Below, one piece after another: positions 42,801 to 57,714 of a DNA stretch of 64,000 nucleotides (position 1 is its first letter; each line of letters starts with the position of its first letter). The position numbers and the translations under genes were made by a program. The notes under the pieces are model-generated. The model worked only from the letters and a program-made list of their open reading frames with translations. It had not been told where the DNA came from and ran no database searches. Where the stretch lies: positions 60,760,001 to 60,824,000 of the forward strand of contig OZ024743.1 of the NCBI GenBank assembly GCA_964016885.1. Direction: 5' to 3'. This DNA is from Eledone cirrhosa (Eukaryota).

Positions 42801-45800
42801 CTTCCACTCTCTCACTCTCGTCCTCTATATCTCTCACTCACTCCCACTCTCTCACTCTCGTCCTCTATATATCTCTCTCAATTCCACTCTCTCACTCCCG
42901 TCCTCTATATCTCTATCTCATTCCCTCTCTCTCACTCTCGTCCTCTATATCTCTCACTCACTCCCACTCTCTCACTCTCGTCCTCTATATATCTCTCTCA
43001 CTTTCACTCTCTCACTCCCGTCCTCTATATCTCTATCTCACTCCCACTCTGTCACTCTCGTCCTCTATATCTCTCAGTCACTCCCACTCTCTCACTCTCG
43101 TCCTCTATATCTCTATCTCACTTGTACTCTCTCACTCTCGTCCTCTATATCACTATCTCACTCCCAATCTCTCACTCTTGCCCTCTATATCTCTATCTCA
43201 CTCCCACTCTCTCATTCTCGTCCTCTATATCTCTAACTCACTCCCACTCTCACACTCTCGTCCTCTATATCTCTATCTCACTTCCACTCTCTCACTCTCG
43301 TCCTCTATATCTCTATCTCACTTCCACTCTCTCACTCTGACTCTCGTCTTCTATATCTCTCTCTCACTTCCACTCTCTCACTCTCGTACTCAATATCTCT
43401 CACTCAATCCCACTCTCTCACTCTCGTCCTCTATATCTCTATTTCACTTCCTCTCTCTCACTCTCGTCTTCTATATCTCTCACTCACTCCCACTCTCTCA
43501 CTCTCGTCCTCTATATATCTCTCTCACTTCCACTCTCTCACTCTCGTCCTCTATATCTCTATCTCACTTCCACTCTCTCACTCTCGTCCTCTATATGTCT
43601 ATCTCACTTTCACTCTCTCACTCTCGACCTTTATATCTCTCTCTCACTTCCACTCTCTCACTCTCGTCCTCAATATCTCTCACTCACTCCCAGTCTCTCC
43701 TTCTCGTCCTCTATACCTCTCTCTCACTTCCACTCTCTCACTCTCGTCCTCTATATCTCTATCTCCCTCCCACTCTCTCACTCTCACCCTCTATATCTCA
43801 ATCTCACTTCCACTCTCTCACTCTCGTCCTCTATATCTCTCAGTCACTCCCACTCTCTCACTCTCGTCCTCTATATCTCTATCCCACTTCCACTCTCTCC
43901 CTCTCGTCCTCTATATCTCTCACTCACTTTCACTCTCTCACTCTCGTCCTCTATATCTCTCACTCACTCCCACTCTCTCACTCTCGTCCTCTATATCTCT
44001 ATCTCACTTCCACTCTCTCACTCTCACTCTCGTCCTCTATATCTCTATCTCACTTCCACTGTCTCACTCTCGTCCTCTATATCTCTATCTCACTTCCACT
44101 CTCTCACTCTCGTCCTCTATATCTCTCACTCACTTTCACTCTCTCACTCTCGTCCTCTATATTTCTATCTCACTTCCACTCTCTCACTCTCGTCTTCTAT
44201 ATCTCTCTCTCACCCCCATTCTCTCACTCTCACTCTCGTCCTCTATATCTCTATCTCATTCCCTCTCTCTCACTCTCGTCCTCTATATCTCTCACTCACT
44301 CCCACTCTCTCACTCTCGTCCTCTATATATCTCTCTCACTTCCACTCTCTCACTCCCGTCCTCTATATCTCTATCTCACTCCCACTCTCTCTCTCGTCCT
44401 CTATATCTCTATCTCACTTCCACTCTCTCCCTCTCGACCTCTATATCTCCATCTCACTTCCACTCTCTCACTCTCGACCTCTATATCTCTCTCTCACTTC
44501 CACTCTCTCACTCTCGTCCTCTAAATCTCTATCTCACTCCCACTCTCTCATTCTCGTCCTCTATATGTCTATCTCACTTACACTCTCTCACTCTTGACCT
44601 CTATCTCTCTCTCTCACTTCCACTCTCTCACTCTCGTCCTCTATATCTCCCTCTCACTTCCACTCTCTCACTCTCGACCTCTATATCCCTATCTCACTCC
44701 CACTCTCTCACTCTCGTCCTCTAGATCTCTATCTCACTCCCACTTTTTCACTCTCGTCCTCTATATCTCTATCTCACTTGTACTCTGTCACTCTCGTCCT
44801 CTATATCTCTATCTCACTTCCACTCTCTCCCTCTCGACCTCTATATCTCTCTCTCACTTCCACTCTCTCATTCTCGACCTCTATATCTCTATCTAACTCC
44901 CACTTTTTCACTCTCGTCCTCTATATCTCTATCTCACTTCCACTCTCTCCCTCTCGACCTCTATATCTCTCTCTCACTTCCACTCTCTCATTCTCGACCT
45001 CTATATCTCTCTCTCACTTCCACTCTCTCACTCTCGTCCTCTATATCTCAATCTCACGTCCACTCTCTCACTCTCGTCCTCTATATCTCTCACTCATTCC
45101 CACTCTCTCACTCTCGTCCTCTATATCTCTCTCTCACTCCCATTCTCTCACTCTCACTCTCGTCCTCTATATCCCTATCTCACTCACACTCTCTCACTCT
45201 CGTCCTCTAGATCTCTATCTCACTCCCACTTTTTCACTCTCGTCCTCTATATCTCTATCTCACTTGTACTCTCTCACTCTCGTCCTCTATATCTCTATCT
45301 CACTTCCACTCTCTCCCTCTCGACCTCTATATCTCTCTCTCACTTCCACTCTCTCATTCTCGACCTCTATATCTCAATCTCACGTCCACTCTCTCACTCT
45401 CGTCCTCGATATCTCTCACTCATTCCCACTCTCTCACTCTCGTCCTCTATATCTCTATCTCACTTCCACTCTCTCACTCTCGTCCTCTATATCTCAATCT
45501 CACGTCCACTCTCTCACTCTCGTCCTCTATATCTCTCACTCACTCCCACTCTCTCACTCTCGTCCTCTATATCTATATCTCACTTCCACTCTCTCACTCT
45601 CGTCCTCTATATCTCTATTTCACTTCCTCTCTCTCACTCTCGTCTTCTATATCTCTCACTCACTCCCACTCTCTCACTCTCGTCCTCTATATATCTCTCT
45701 CACTTCCACTCTCTCACTCTCGTCCTCTATATCTCTATCTCACTTCCACTCTCTCACTCTCGTCCTCTATATGTCTATCTCACTTTCACTCTCTCACTCT

Positions 45801-48800
45801 CGACCTTTATATCTCTCTCTCACTTCCACTCTCTCACTCTCGTCCTCAATATCTCTCACTCACTCCCAGTCTCTCCTTCTCGTCCTCTATACCTCTCTCT
45901 CACTTCCACTCTCTCACTCTCGTCCTCTATATCTCTATCTCCCTCCCACTCTCTCACTCTCACCCTCTATATCTCAATCTCACTTCCACTCTCTCACTCT
46001 CGTCCTCTATATCTCTCAGTCACTCCCACTCTCTCACTCTCGTCCTCTATATCTCTATCCCACTTCCACTCTCTCCCTCTCGTCCTCTATATCTCTCACT
46101 CACTTTCACTCTCTCACTCTCGTCCTCTATATCTCTCACTCACTCCCACTCTCTCACTCTCGTCCTCTATATCTCTATCTCACTTCCACTCTCTCACTCT
46201 CACTCTCGTCCTCTATATCTCTATCTCACTTCCACTGTCTCACTCTCGTCCTCTATATCTCTATCTCACTTCCACTCTCTCACTCTCGTCCTCTATATCT
46301 CTCACTCACTTTCACTCTCTCACTCTCGTCCTCTATATTTCTATCTCACTTCCACTCTCTCACTCTCGTCTTCTATATCTCTCTCTCACCCCCATTCTCT
46401 CACTCTCACTCTCGTCCTCTATATCTCTATCTCATTCCCTCTCTCTCTCTCTCGTCCTCTATATCTCTCACTCACTCCCACTCTCTCACTCTCGTCCTCT
46501 ATATATCTCTCTCACTTCCACTCTCTCACTCCCGTCCTCTATATCTCTATCTCACTCCCACTCTCTCTCTCGTCCTCTATATCTCTATCTCACTTCCACT
46601 CTCTCCCTCTCGACCTCTATATCTCCATCTCACTTCCACTCTCTCACTCTCGACCTCTATATCTCTCTCTCACTTCCACTCTCTCACTCTCGTCCTCTAA
46701 ATCTCTATCTCACTCCCACTCTCTCATTCTCGTCCTCTATATGTCTATCTCACTTACACTCTCTCACTCTTGACCTCTATCTCTCTCTCTCACTTCCACT
46801 CTCTCACTCTCGTCCTCTATATCTCCCTCTCACTTCCACTCTCTCACTCTCGACCTCTATATCCCTATCTCACTCCCACTCTCTCACTCTCGTCCTCTAG
46901 ATCTCTATCTCACTCCCACTTTTTCACTCTCGTCCTCTATATCTCTATCTCACTTGTACTCTGTCACTCTCGTCCTCTATATCTCTATCTCACTTCCACT
47001 CTCTCCCTCTCGACCTCTATATCTCTCTCTCACTTCCACTCTCTCATTCTCGACCTCTATATCTCTATCTAACTCCCACTTTTTCACTCTCGTCCTCTAT
47101 ATCTCTATCTCACTTCCACTCTCTCCCTCTCGACCTCTATATCTCTCTCTCACTTCCACTCTCTCATTCTCGACCTCTATATCTCTCTCTCACTTCCACT
47201 CTCTCACTCTCGTCCTCTATATCTCAATCTCACGTCCACTCTCTCACTCTCGTCCTCTATATCTCTCACTCATTCCCACTCTCTCACTCTCGTCCTCTAT
47301 ATCTCTCTCTCACTCCCATTCTCTCACTCTCACTCTCGTCCTCTATATCCCTATCTCACTCACACTCTCTCACTCTCGTCCTCTAGATCTCTATCTCACT
47401 CCCACTTTTTCACTCTCGTCCTCTATATCTCTATCTCACTTGTACTCTCTCACTCTCGTCCTCTATATCTCTATCTCACTTCCACTCTCTCCCTCTCGAC
47501 CTCTATATCTCTCTCTCACTTCCACTCTCTCATTCTCGACCTCTATATCTCAATCTCACGTCCACTCTCTCACTCTCGTCCTCGATATCTCTCACTCATT
47601 CCCACTCTCTCACTCTCGTCCTCTATATCTCTATCTCACTTCCACTCTCTCACTCTCGTCCTCTATATCTCAATCTCACGTCCACTCTCTCACTCTCGTC
47701 CTCTATATCTCTCATTCACTCCCACTCTCTCACTCTCGTCCTCTATATCTATATCTCACTTCCACTCTCTCACTCTCGTCCTCTTTTTCTCTATCTCACT
47801 CCCACTCTCTCAGTCTCGTCCTCTATATCTCTCAGTCACTCCCACTCTCTCACTCTCGTCCTCTATATCTCTCAGTCACTTCCACTCTCTCACTCTCGTC
47901 CCCTATATATCTCTCTCTCACTTCCACTCTCTCACTCTCGTCCTCTATATCTCTCATTCACTTCCACTCTCTCACTCTCGTCCTCTATATCTCTATCTCA
48001 CTCCCACTCTCTCACTCTCGTCCTCTATATGTCTATCTCACTTACACTCTCTCACTCTTGACCTCTATATCTCTCTCTCACTTCCACTCTCTCACTCTCG
48101 TCCTCTATATCTCTCTCTCACTTCCACTCTCTCATTCTCGTCCTCTATATCTCTCGCTCACTCCCACTCTCTCACTCTCGTCCTCTATATCTCTATCTCA
48201 CTTCCACTCTCTCACTCTCGTCCTCTATATCTCTCACTCACTCCCACTCTCTCACTCTCGTCCTCTATATCTCTATCTCACTTCCACTCTCTCACTCTCA
48301 CTCTCGTCCTCTATATCTCTCTCTCACTTCCACTCTCTCACTCTCGTCCTCCATATCTCTCACCCACTCCCACTCTCTCACTCTCGTCCTCTATATCTCT
48401 ACCTCACTTCCACTCTCTCACTCTCGTCCTCTATATCTCTATCTCACTTTCACTCTCTCACTCTCGTCCTCTATATCTCTCTCTCACTTCCACTCTCTCA
48501 CTCTCGTCCTCTATATCTCTATCTCACTTCCACTCTCTCACTCTCATCCTCTATATCTCTCACTCACTCCCACTCTCTCACTCTTGTCCTCTATATCTCT
48601 CATTCACTCCCACTCTCTCACTCTCGTCCTCTATCTCACTCCCACTCTCTCACTCTCGTCCTCTATATCTCTATCTCACTCCCACTCTCTCACTCTCGTC
48701 CTTTATATCTCTATCTCACTTCTACTCTCTCACTCTCGTCCTCTATATCTCTCACTCACTCCCACTCTCTCACTCTTGTCCTCTATATCTCTCACTCAAT

Positions 48801-51800
48801 CCCACTCTCTCACTCTCGTCCTCTATCTCACTCCCACTCTCTCACTCTCGTCCTCTATATCTCTCACTCACTCCCACTCTCTCACTCTCGTCCTTTATAT
48901 CTCTATCTCACTTCCACTCTCTCACTCTCACTCTCGTCCTCTATATCTCTATGTCACTTCCACTCTCTCACTCTCACTCTCGTCCTCTATATTTCTATCT
49001 CACTCCCACTCTCTCACTCTCGTCCTCTATATCTCTATCTCACTCCCACTCTCTCACTCTCGTCCTTTATATCTCTATCTCACTTCCACTCTCTCACTCT
49101 CACTCTCGTCCTCTATATCTCTATCGCCCTCCCACTCTCTCACTCTCGCCTTCTATATCTCTCTCTCACCTCCACTCTCTCACTCTCGTCCTCTATATCT
49201 CTCACTCACTTCAGCTCTCTCATTCTCGTCCTCTATATCTCTCTCTCACTCCCATTCTCTCACTCTCACTCTCGTCCTCTATATCCCTATCTCACTCACA
49301 CTCTCTCACTCTCGTCCTCTAGATCTCTATCTCACTCCCACTTTTTCAATCTCGTCCTCTATATCTCTATCTCACTTGTACTCTCTCACTCTCGTCCTCT
49401 ATATCTCTATCTCACTTCCACTCTCTCCCTCTCGACCTCTATATATCTCTCTCACTTCCACTCTCTCACTCTCGAGCTCTATATATAGCTCTCACTTCCA
49501 CTCTCTCACTCTCGTCCTCTATATCTCAATCTCACGTCCACTCTCTCACTCTCGTCCTCTATATCTCTCACTCATTCCCACTCTCTCACTCTCGTCCTCT
49601 ATATCTCTATCTCACTTCCACTCTCTCACTCTCGTCCTCTATATCTCAATCTCACGTCCACTCTCTCACTCTCGTCCTCTATATCTCTCACTCACTCCCA
49701 CTCTCTCACTCTCGTCCTCTATATCTCTATCTCACTCCCACTCTCTCACTCTCGTCCTCTATATGTCTATCTCACTTACACTCTCTCACTCTTGACCTCT
49801 ATATCTCTCTCTCACTTCCACTCTCTCACTCTCGTCCTCTATATCTCTCTCTCACTTCCACTCTCTCACTCTCGTCCTCTATATCTCTCAGTCACTCCCA
49901 CTCTCTCACTCTCGTCCTCTATATCTCTCAGTCACTTCCACTCTCTCACTCTCGTCCCCTATATATCTCTCTCTCACTTCCACTCTCTCACTCTCGTCCT
50001 CTATATCTCTCACTCACTTCCACTCTCTCACTCTCGTCCTCTATATCTCTATCTCACTCCCACTCTCTCACTCTCGTCCTCTATATGTCTATCTCACTTA
50101 CACTCTCTCACTCTTGACCTCTATATCTCTCTCTCACTTCCACTCTCTCACTCTCGTCCTCTATATCTCTCTCTCACTTCCACTCTCTCATTCTCGTCCT
50201 CTATATCTCTCACTCACTCCCACTCTCTCACTCTCGTCCTCTATATCTCTATCTCACTTCCACTCTCGCACTCTCGTCCTCTATATCTCTCACTCACTCC
50301 CACTCTCTCACTCTCGTCCTCTATATCTCTATCTCACTTCCACTCTCTCACTCTCGTCCTCTATATCTCTCACTCACTCCCACTCTCTCACTCTCGTCCT
50401 CTATATCTCTATCTCACTTCCACTCTCTCACTCTCACTCTCGTCCTCTATATCTCTCTCTCACTTCCACTCTCTCACTCTCGTCCTCCATATCTCTCACC
50501 CACTCCCACTCTCTCACTCTCGTCCTCTATATCTCTATATCACTTCCACTCTCTCACTCTCACTCTCGTCCTCTATATCTCTCTCTCACTTCCACTCTCT
50601 CACTCTCGTCCTCCATATCTCTCACCCACTCCCACTCTCTCACTCTTGACCTCTATATCTCTATCTCACTTCCACTCTCTCCCTCTCGTCCTCTATATCT
50701 CTATCTCACTTTCACTCTCTCACTCTCGTCCTCTATATCTCTATCTCACTTCCACTCTCTCACTCTCTTCCTCTATATCTCTCACTCACTCCCACTCTCT
50801 CACTCTTGTCCTCTATATCTCTCACTCACTCCCACTCTCTCACTCTCGTCCTCTATCTCACTCCCACTCTCTCACTCTCGTCCTCTATATCTCTATCTCA
50901 CTCCCACTCTCTCACTCTCGTCCTTTATATCTCTATCTCACTTCCACTCTCTCACTCTCACTCTCGTCCTCTATATTTCTATCTCACTTCCACTGTCTGA
51001 CTCTCGTCCTCTATATCTCTATCTCACTTCCACTCTCTCACTCTCGTCCTCTATATTTCTCACTCACTCCCACTCTCTCACTCTCGTCCTCTATATCTCT
51101 ATCTCACTTCCACTCTTTCACTCTCGTCCTCTATATCTCACACTCACCCCCACTCTCTCACTCTCGTCCTCTATATCTCTATCTCACTTCCACTCTCTCA
51201 CTCTCACTCTCGTCCTCTATATCTCTATCTCACTTCCACTCTCTCACTCTCACTCTCGTCCTCTATATCTCTCACTCACTCCCACTCTCTCACTCTCGTC
51301 CTCTATATCTCTATCTCACTTCCACTCTCTCACTCACGTCCTCTTTATCTCTATCTCACTTTCACTCTCTCATTCTCGTCCTCTATATCTCTCACTCACT
51401 CCCACTCTCTCACTCTTGACCTCTATCTCTCTCTCTCACTTCCACTCTCTCACTCTCGTCCTCTATATCTCCCTCTCACTTCCACTCTCTCATTCTCGTC
51501 CTCTATATCTCTCACTCACTCCCACTCTCTCACTCTCGTCCTCTATATCTCTATCTCACTTCCACTCTCTCGATCTCGTCCTCTATATCTCTCACTCACT
51601 CCCACTCTCTCACCCTCGTCCTCTATCTCTCTCTCTCACTTCCACTCTCTCACTCTCGTCCTCTATATCTCTCTCTCACTTCCAATCTCTCATTCTCGTC
51701 CCCTATATCTCTCACTCACTCCCACTCTCTCACTCTCGTCCTCTATATCTCTCTCTCACTTCCACTCTCTCATTCTCGTCCTCTATATCTCTCACTCACT

Positions 51801-54800
51801 CCCACTCTCTCACTCTCGTCCTCTATATCTCTATCTCACTTCCACTCTCTCGCTCTCGTCCTCTATATCTCTCACTCACTCCCACTCTCTCACTCTCGTC
51901 CTCTATATCTCTATCTCACTTCCACTCTCTCACTCTCGTCCTCTATATCTCTCACTCACTCCCACTCTCTCACTCTCGTTCTCTTTATCTCTATCTCACT
52001 TCCACTCTCTCACTCTCACTCTCGTCCTCTATATCTCTCTCTCACTTCCACTCTCTCACTCTCGTCCTCCATATCTCTCACCCACTCCCACTCTCTCACT
52101 CTCGTCCTCTATATCTCTATCTCACTTCCACTCTCTCACTCTCGTCCTCTATATCTCTATCTCACTTCCACTCTCTCACTCTCGTCCTCTATATCTCTCA
52201 CTCACTCCTACTCTCTCACTCTCGTCCTCTATATCTCTCTCTCACTTCCACTCTCTCACTCTCGTCCTCTATATCCCTATCTCACTCACACTCTCTCACT
52301 CTCGTCCTCTAGATCTCTATCTCACTCCCACTTTTTCAATCTCGTCCTCTATATCTCTATCTCACTTGTACTCTCTCACTCTCGTCCTCTATATCTCTAT
52401 CTCACTTCCACTCTCTCCCTCTCGACCTCTATATATCTCTCTCACTTCCACTCTCTCACTCTCGAGCTCTATATATAGCTCTCACTTCCACTCTCTCACT
52501 CTCGTCCTCTATATCTCAATCTCACGTCCACTCTCTCACTCTCGTCCTCTATATCTCTCACTCATTCCCACTCTCTCACTCTCGTCCTCTATATCTCTAT
52601 CTCACTTCCACTCTCTCACTCTCGTCCTCTATATCTCAATCTCACGTCCACTCTCTCACTCTCGTCCTCTATATCTCTATCTCACTTCCACTCTCTCACT
52701 CTCGTCCTCTATATCTCTATCTCACTTCCACTCTCTCCCTCTCGTCCTCTATATCTCTCACTCACTTTCACTCTCTCACTCTCGTCCTCTATATTTCTAT
52801 CTCACTTCCACTCTCTCACTCTCGTCCTCTATATCTCTATCTCACTTCCACTCTCTCACTCTCACTCTCGTCCTCTATATCTCTATCTCACTTCCACTGT
52901 CTCACTCTCGTCCTCTATATCTCTATCTCCCTTCCACTCTCTCACTCTCATCCTCTATATCTCTCACTCACTTTCACTCTCTCACTCTCGTCCTCTATAT
53001 TTCTATCTCACTTCCACTCTCTCACTCTCGTCCTCTATATCTCTCTCTCACTCCCATTCTCTCACTCTCACTCTCGTCCTCTATATCTCTCTCTCACTTC
53101 CACTCTCTCACTCTCGTCCTCTATATCTCTCACTCACTCCCACTCTCTCACTCTCGTCCTCTATATATCTCTCTCAATTCCACTCTCTCACTCCCGTCCT
53201 CTATATCTCTATCTCATTCCCTCTCTCTCACTCTCGTCCTCTATATCTCTCACTCACTCCCACTCTCTCACTCTCGTCCTCTATATATCTCTCTCACTTT
53301 CACTCTCTCACTCCCGTCCTCTATATCTCTATCTCACTCCCACTCTGTCACTCTCGTCCTCTATATCTCTCAGTCACTCCCACTCTCTCACTCTCGTCCT
53401 CTATATCTCTATCTCACTTGTACTCTCTCACTCTCGTCCTCTATATCACTATCTCACTCCCAATCTCTCACTCTCGCCCTCTATATCTCTATCTCACTCC
53501 CACTCTCTCATTCTCGTCCTCTATATCTCTAACTCACTCCCACTCTCTCACTCTCGTCCTCTATATCTCTATCTCACTTCCACTCTCTCACTCTCGTCCT
53601 CTATATCTCTATCTCACTTCCACTCTCTCACTCTGACTCTCGTCCTCTATATCTCTCTCTCACTTCCACTCTCTCACTCTCGTCCTCAATATCTCTCACT
53701 CAATCCCACTCTCTCACTCTCGTCCTCTATATCTCTATTTCACTTCCACTCTCTCACTCTCGTCTTCTATATCTCTCACTCACTCCCACTCTCTCACTCT
53801 CGTCCTCTATATATCTCTCTCACTTCCACTCTCTCACTCTCGTCCTCTATATCTCTATCTCACTTCCACTCTCTCACTCTCGTCCTCTATATGTCTATCT
53901 CACTTTCACTCTCTCACTCTCGACCTTTATATCTCTCTCTCACTCTCGTCCTCAATATCTCTCACTCACTCCCAGTCTCTCCTTCTCGTCCTCTATACCT
54001 CTCTCTCACTTCCACTCTCTCACTCTCGTCCTCTATATCTCTATCTCCCTCCCACTCTCTCACTCTCACCCTCTATATCTCAATCTCACTTCCACTCTCT
54101 CACTCTCGTCCTCTATATCTCTCAGTCACTCCCACTCTCTCACTCTCGTCCTCTATATCTCTATCCCACTTCCACTCTCTCCCTCTCGTCCTCTATATCT
54201 CTCACTCACTTTCACTCTCTCACTCTCGTCCTCTATATCTCTCACTCACTCCCACTCTCTCACTCTCGTCCTCTATATCTCTATCTCACTTCCACTCTCT
54301 CACTCTCACTCTCGTCCTCTATATCTCTATCTCACTTCCACTGTCTCACTCTCGTCCTCTATATCTCTATCTCACTTCCACTCTCTCACTCTCGTCCTCT
54401 ATATCTCTCACTCACTTTCACTCTCTCACTCTCGTCCTCTATATTTCTATCTCACTTCCACTCTCTCACTCTCGTCTTCTATATCTCTCTCTCACCCCCA
54501 TTCTCTCACTATCACTCTCGTCCTCTATATCTCTATCTCATTCCCTCTCTCTCACTCTCGTCCTCTATATCTCTCACTCACTCCCACTCTCTCACTCTCG
54601 TCCTCTATATATCTCTCTCACTTCCACTCTCTCACTCCCGTCCTCTATATCTCTATCTCACTCCCACTCTCTCTCTCGTCCTCTATATCTCTATCTCACT
54701 TCCACTCTCTCCCTCTCGACCTCTATATCTCCATCTCACTTCCACTCTCTCACTCTCGACCTCTATATCTCTATCTCACTTCCACTCTCTCATTCTCGTC

Positions 54801-55760
54801 CTCGATATCTCTCACTCACTCCCACTCTCTCACTCTCGTCCTCTATATCTCTCTCTCACTCCCACTCTCTCACTCTCGTCTTCTATATGTCTATCTCACT
54901 TACACTCTCTCACTCTTGACCTCTATATCTCTCTCTCACTTCCACTCTCTCACTCTCGTCCTCTATATCTCTATCTCACTCCCACTCTCTCACTCTCGCC
55001 CTCTATATCTCTATCTCACTCCCACTCTCTCATTCTCGTCCTCTATATCTCTAACTCACTCCCACTCTCTCACTCTCGTCCTCTATATCTCTATCTCACT
55101 TCCACTCTCTCACTCTCGTCCTCTATATCTCTATCTCACTTCCACTCTCTCACTCTCACTCTCGTCCTCTATATCTCTCTCTCACTTCCACTCTCTCACC
55201 CTCGTCCTCCATATCTCTCACTCAATCCCACTCTCTCACTCTCGTCCTCTATATCTCTATTTCACTTCCACTCTCTCACTCTCGTCCTCTATATCTCTCA
55301 CTCACTCCCACTCTCTCACTCTCGTCCTCTATATATCTCTCTCACTTCCACTCTCTCACTCTCGTCCTCTATATCTCTATCTCACTTCCACTCTCTCACT
55401 CTCGTCCTCTATATGTCTATCTCACTTTCACTCTCTCACTCTCGACCTTTATATCTCTCTCTCACTTCCACTCTCTCACTCTCGTCCTCAATATCTCTCA
55501 CTCACTCCCAGTCTCTCCTTCTCGTCCTCTATACCTCTCTCTCACTTCCACTCTCTCACTCTCGTCCTCTATATCTCTCACTCACGTCCACTCTCTCACT
55601 CTCGCCCTCTATATCTCTATCTTACTTCCACTCTCTCACTCTCACTCTCGTCCTCTATATCTCTATCTCACTTCCACTCTCTCACTCTCGTCCTCTATAT
55701 CTCTCTCTCACTCCCAATCTCTCACTCTCACTCTCGTCCTCTATATCTCTCTCTCTCTCT
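15862..55760. repeat. 40-bp satellite array, ~39.9 kb, ~1000 units; consensus actctctcactctcgtcctctatatctct(a/c)tctcact(t/c)cc
   Basis: Exact 40-bp periodicity with 46-bp (+actctc) and 34-bp variants; kb-scale internal duplications. Confidence 0.98.
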
Positions 55761-55777
55761 CTGTCTGCTGTATTCAG

Positions 55778-55933
55778 ACCAGGAGATCTGCAGAGGAAAT
55801 GGACTCTGTCAGGTTTTTCAAATACCCTAGAGAGGCCATATCTCAATACGTCGCCCCAACGACTGCCCCAGGAGTTACAGAACCATGCCAGCACCAACAA
55901 CAACAACAATAGTAGGAAGCTGTATAGTGGCAG
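55778..55933 (+). other. Candidate 156-nt symmetric (phase 2) exon
   Basis: (CT)n + TATTCAG acceptor; open frame PGDLQRKWTLSGFSNTLERPYLNTSPQRLPQELQNHASTNNNNNSRKLYSG; weak CAG|GTACAA donor. Confidence 0.3.
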
Positions 55934-56040
55934 GTACAACAACAGGAAGAGCATGAAGTTACATAGTAAGAAGAACATCGTCATCAACAACAACAACAAC
56001 AGTATGATGTTATATATGTAACAACAACAACAATAACAAC

Positions 56041-56175
56041 AATAGCAGTATGAATGTATTCAGAGTACCACCACCACCAACAACAACAACAACAACAACA
56101 ATAGCAGTATGTATGTACTCAGAGTACCAACACCACCACCAACAACAACAATAGCAGTATGAATGTACTCAGAGT

Positions 56176-56206
<31 letters not shown>

Positions 56207-56278
56207 GCAGTATGAATGTACTCAGAGTACCACCACCAACAACAACAACAACAATAGCAGTATGTATGTACTGAGAGT

Positions 56279-56309
<31 letters not shown>

Positions 56310-57287
56310 GCAGTATGAATGTACTCAGAGTTCCACCACCACCAACAACAACAACAATAGCAATATGTATGTACTCAGAGTACCACCACCACCAACAACA
56401 AAAACAATAGCAGTATGTATGTACTCAGAGTACCACCACCACCACCAACAACAATAGCAGTATGAATGTACTCAGAGTACCACCACCAACAACAACAATA
56501 GCATTATGAATGTACTCAGAGTACCACCACCACCAACAACAACAATAGCAGTATGAATGTACTCAGAGTACCACCACCACCACCAACAACAACAAAAGCA
56601 GTATGAATGTACTCAGAGTACCACCACCAACAACAACAACAACAATAGCAGTATGTATGTACTCAGAGTACCACCACCACCAACAACAACAACAATAGCA
56701 GTATGAATGTACTCAGAGTACCACCACGACCAACAACAACAATAGCAGTATGTATGTACTCAGAGTACCACCACCACCAACAACAACAACAATAGCAGTA
56801 TGTATGTACTCAGAGTACCACCACCACCAACAACAACAATAGCAGTATGTATGTACTCAGAGTACCACCACCACCAACAACAACAACAATAGCAGTATGA
56901 ATGTACTCAGAGTACCACCACCACCAACAACAACAACAATAGCAGTATGTATGTACTCAGAGTACCACCACCAACAACAACAACAATAGCAGTATGAATG
57001 TACTCAGAGTACCACCACCACCAACAACAACAACAACAACAATAGCAGTATGAATGTACTCAGAGTACCACCACCACCAACAACAACAACAACAACAATA
57101 GCAGTATGAATGTACTCAGAGTACCACCACCACCACCAACAACAACAACAATAGCAGTATGTATGTACTCAGAGTACCACCACCACCACCAACAACAACA
57201 ACAATGGCAGTATGTATGTACTCAGAGTACCACCACCACCTCCACCACCAACAACAACAACAATAGCAGTATGTATGTACTCAGAGT

Positions 57288-57321
<34 letters not shown>

Positions 57322-57680
57322 GCAGTATTTATGTACTCAGAGTACCACCACCACCACCAACAACAACAACAATAGCAGTATGTATGTACTCAGAGTACCA
57401 CCACCACCAACAACAACAATAGCAGTATGTATGTACTCAGAGTACCACCACCACCAACAACAACAACAATAGCAGTATGAATGTACTCAGAGTACCACCA
57501 CCACCAACAACAACAACAATAGCAGTATGTATGTACTCAGAGTACCACCACCAACAACAACAATAGCAGTATGTATGTACTCAGAGTACCACCACCACCA
57601 CCACCACCACCACCAACAACAACAATAGCAGTATGAATGTACTCAGAGTACCACCACCACCAACAACAACAACATACTGC

Positions 57681-57714
<34 letters not shown>

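Noticed and set aside
15788-55830. Very long S/L/H-rich ORFs (up to 1164 aa)
   Set aside because: Artefact of a G-poor satellite lacking stop codons; the 40-bp unit is not a multiple of 3 and all frames give the same rotating peptide.
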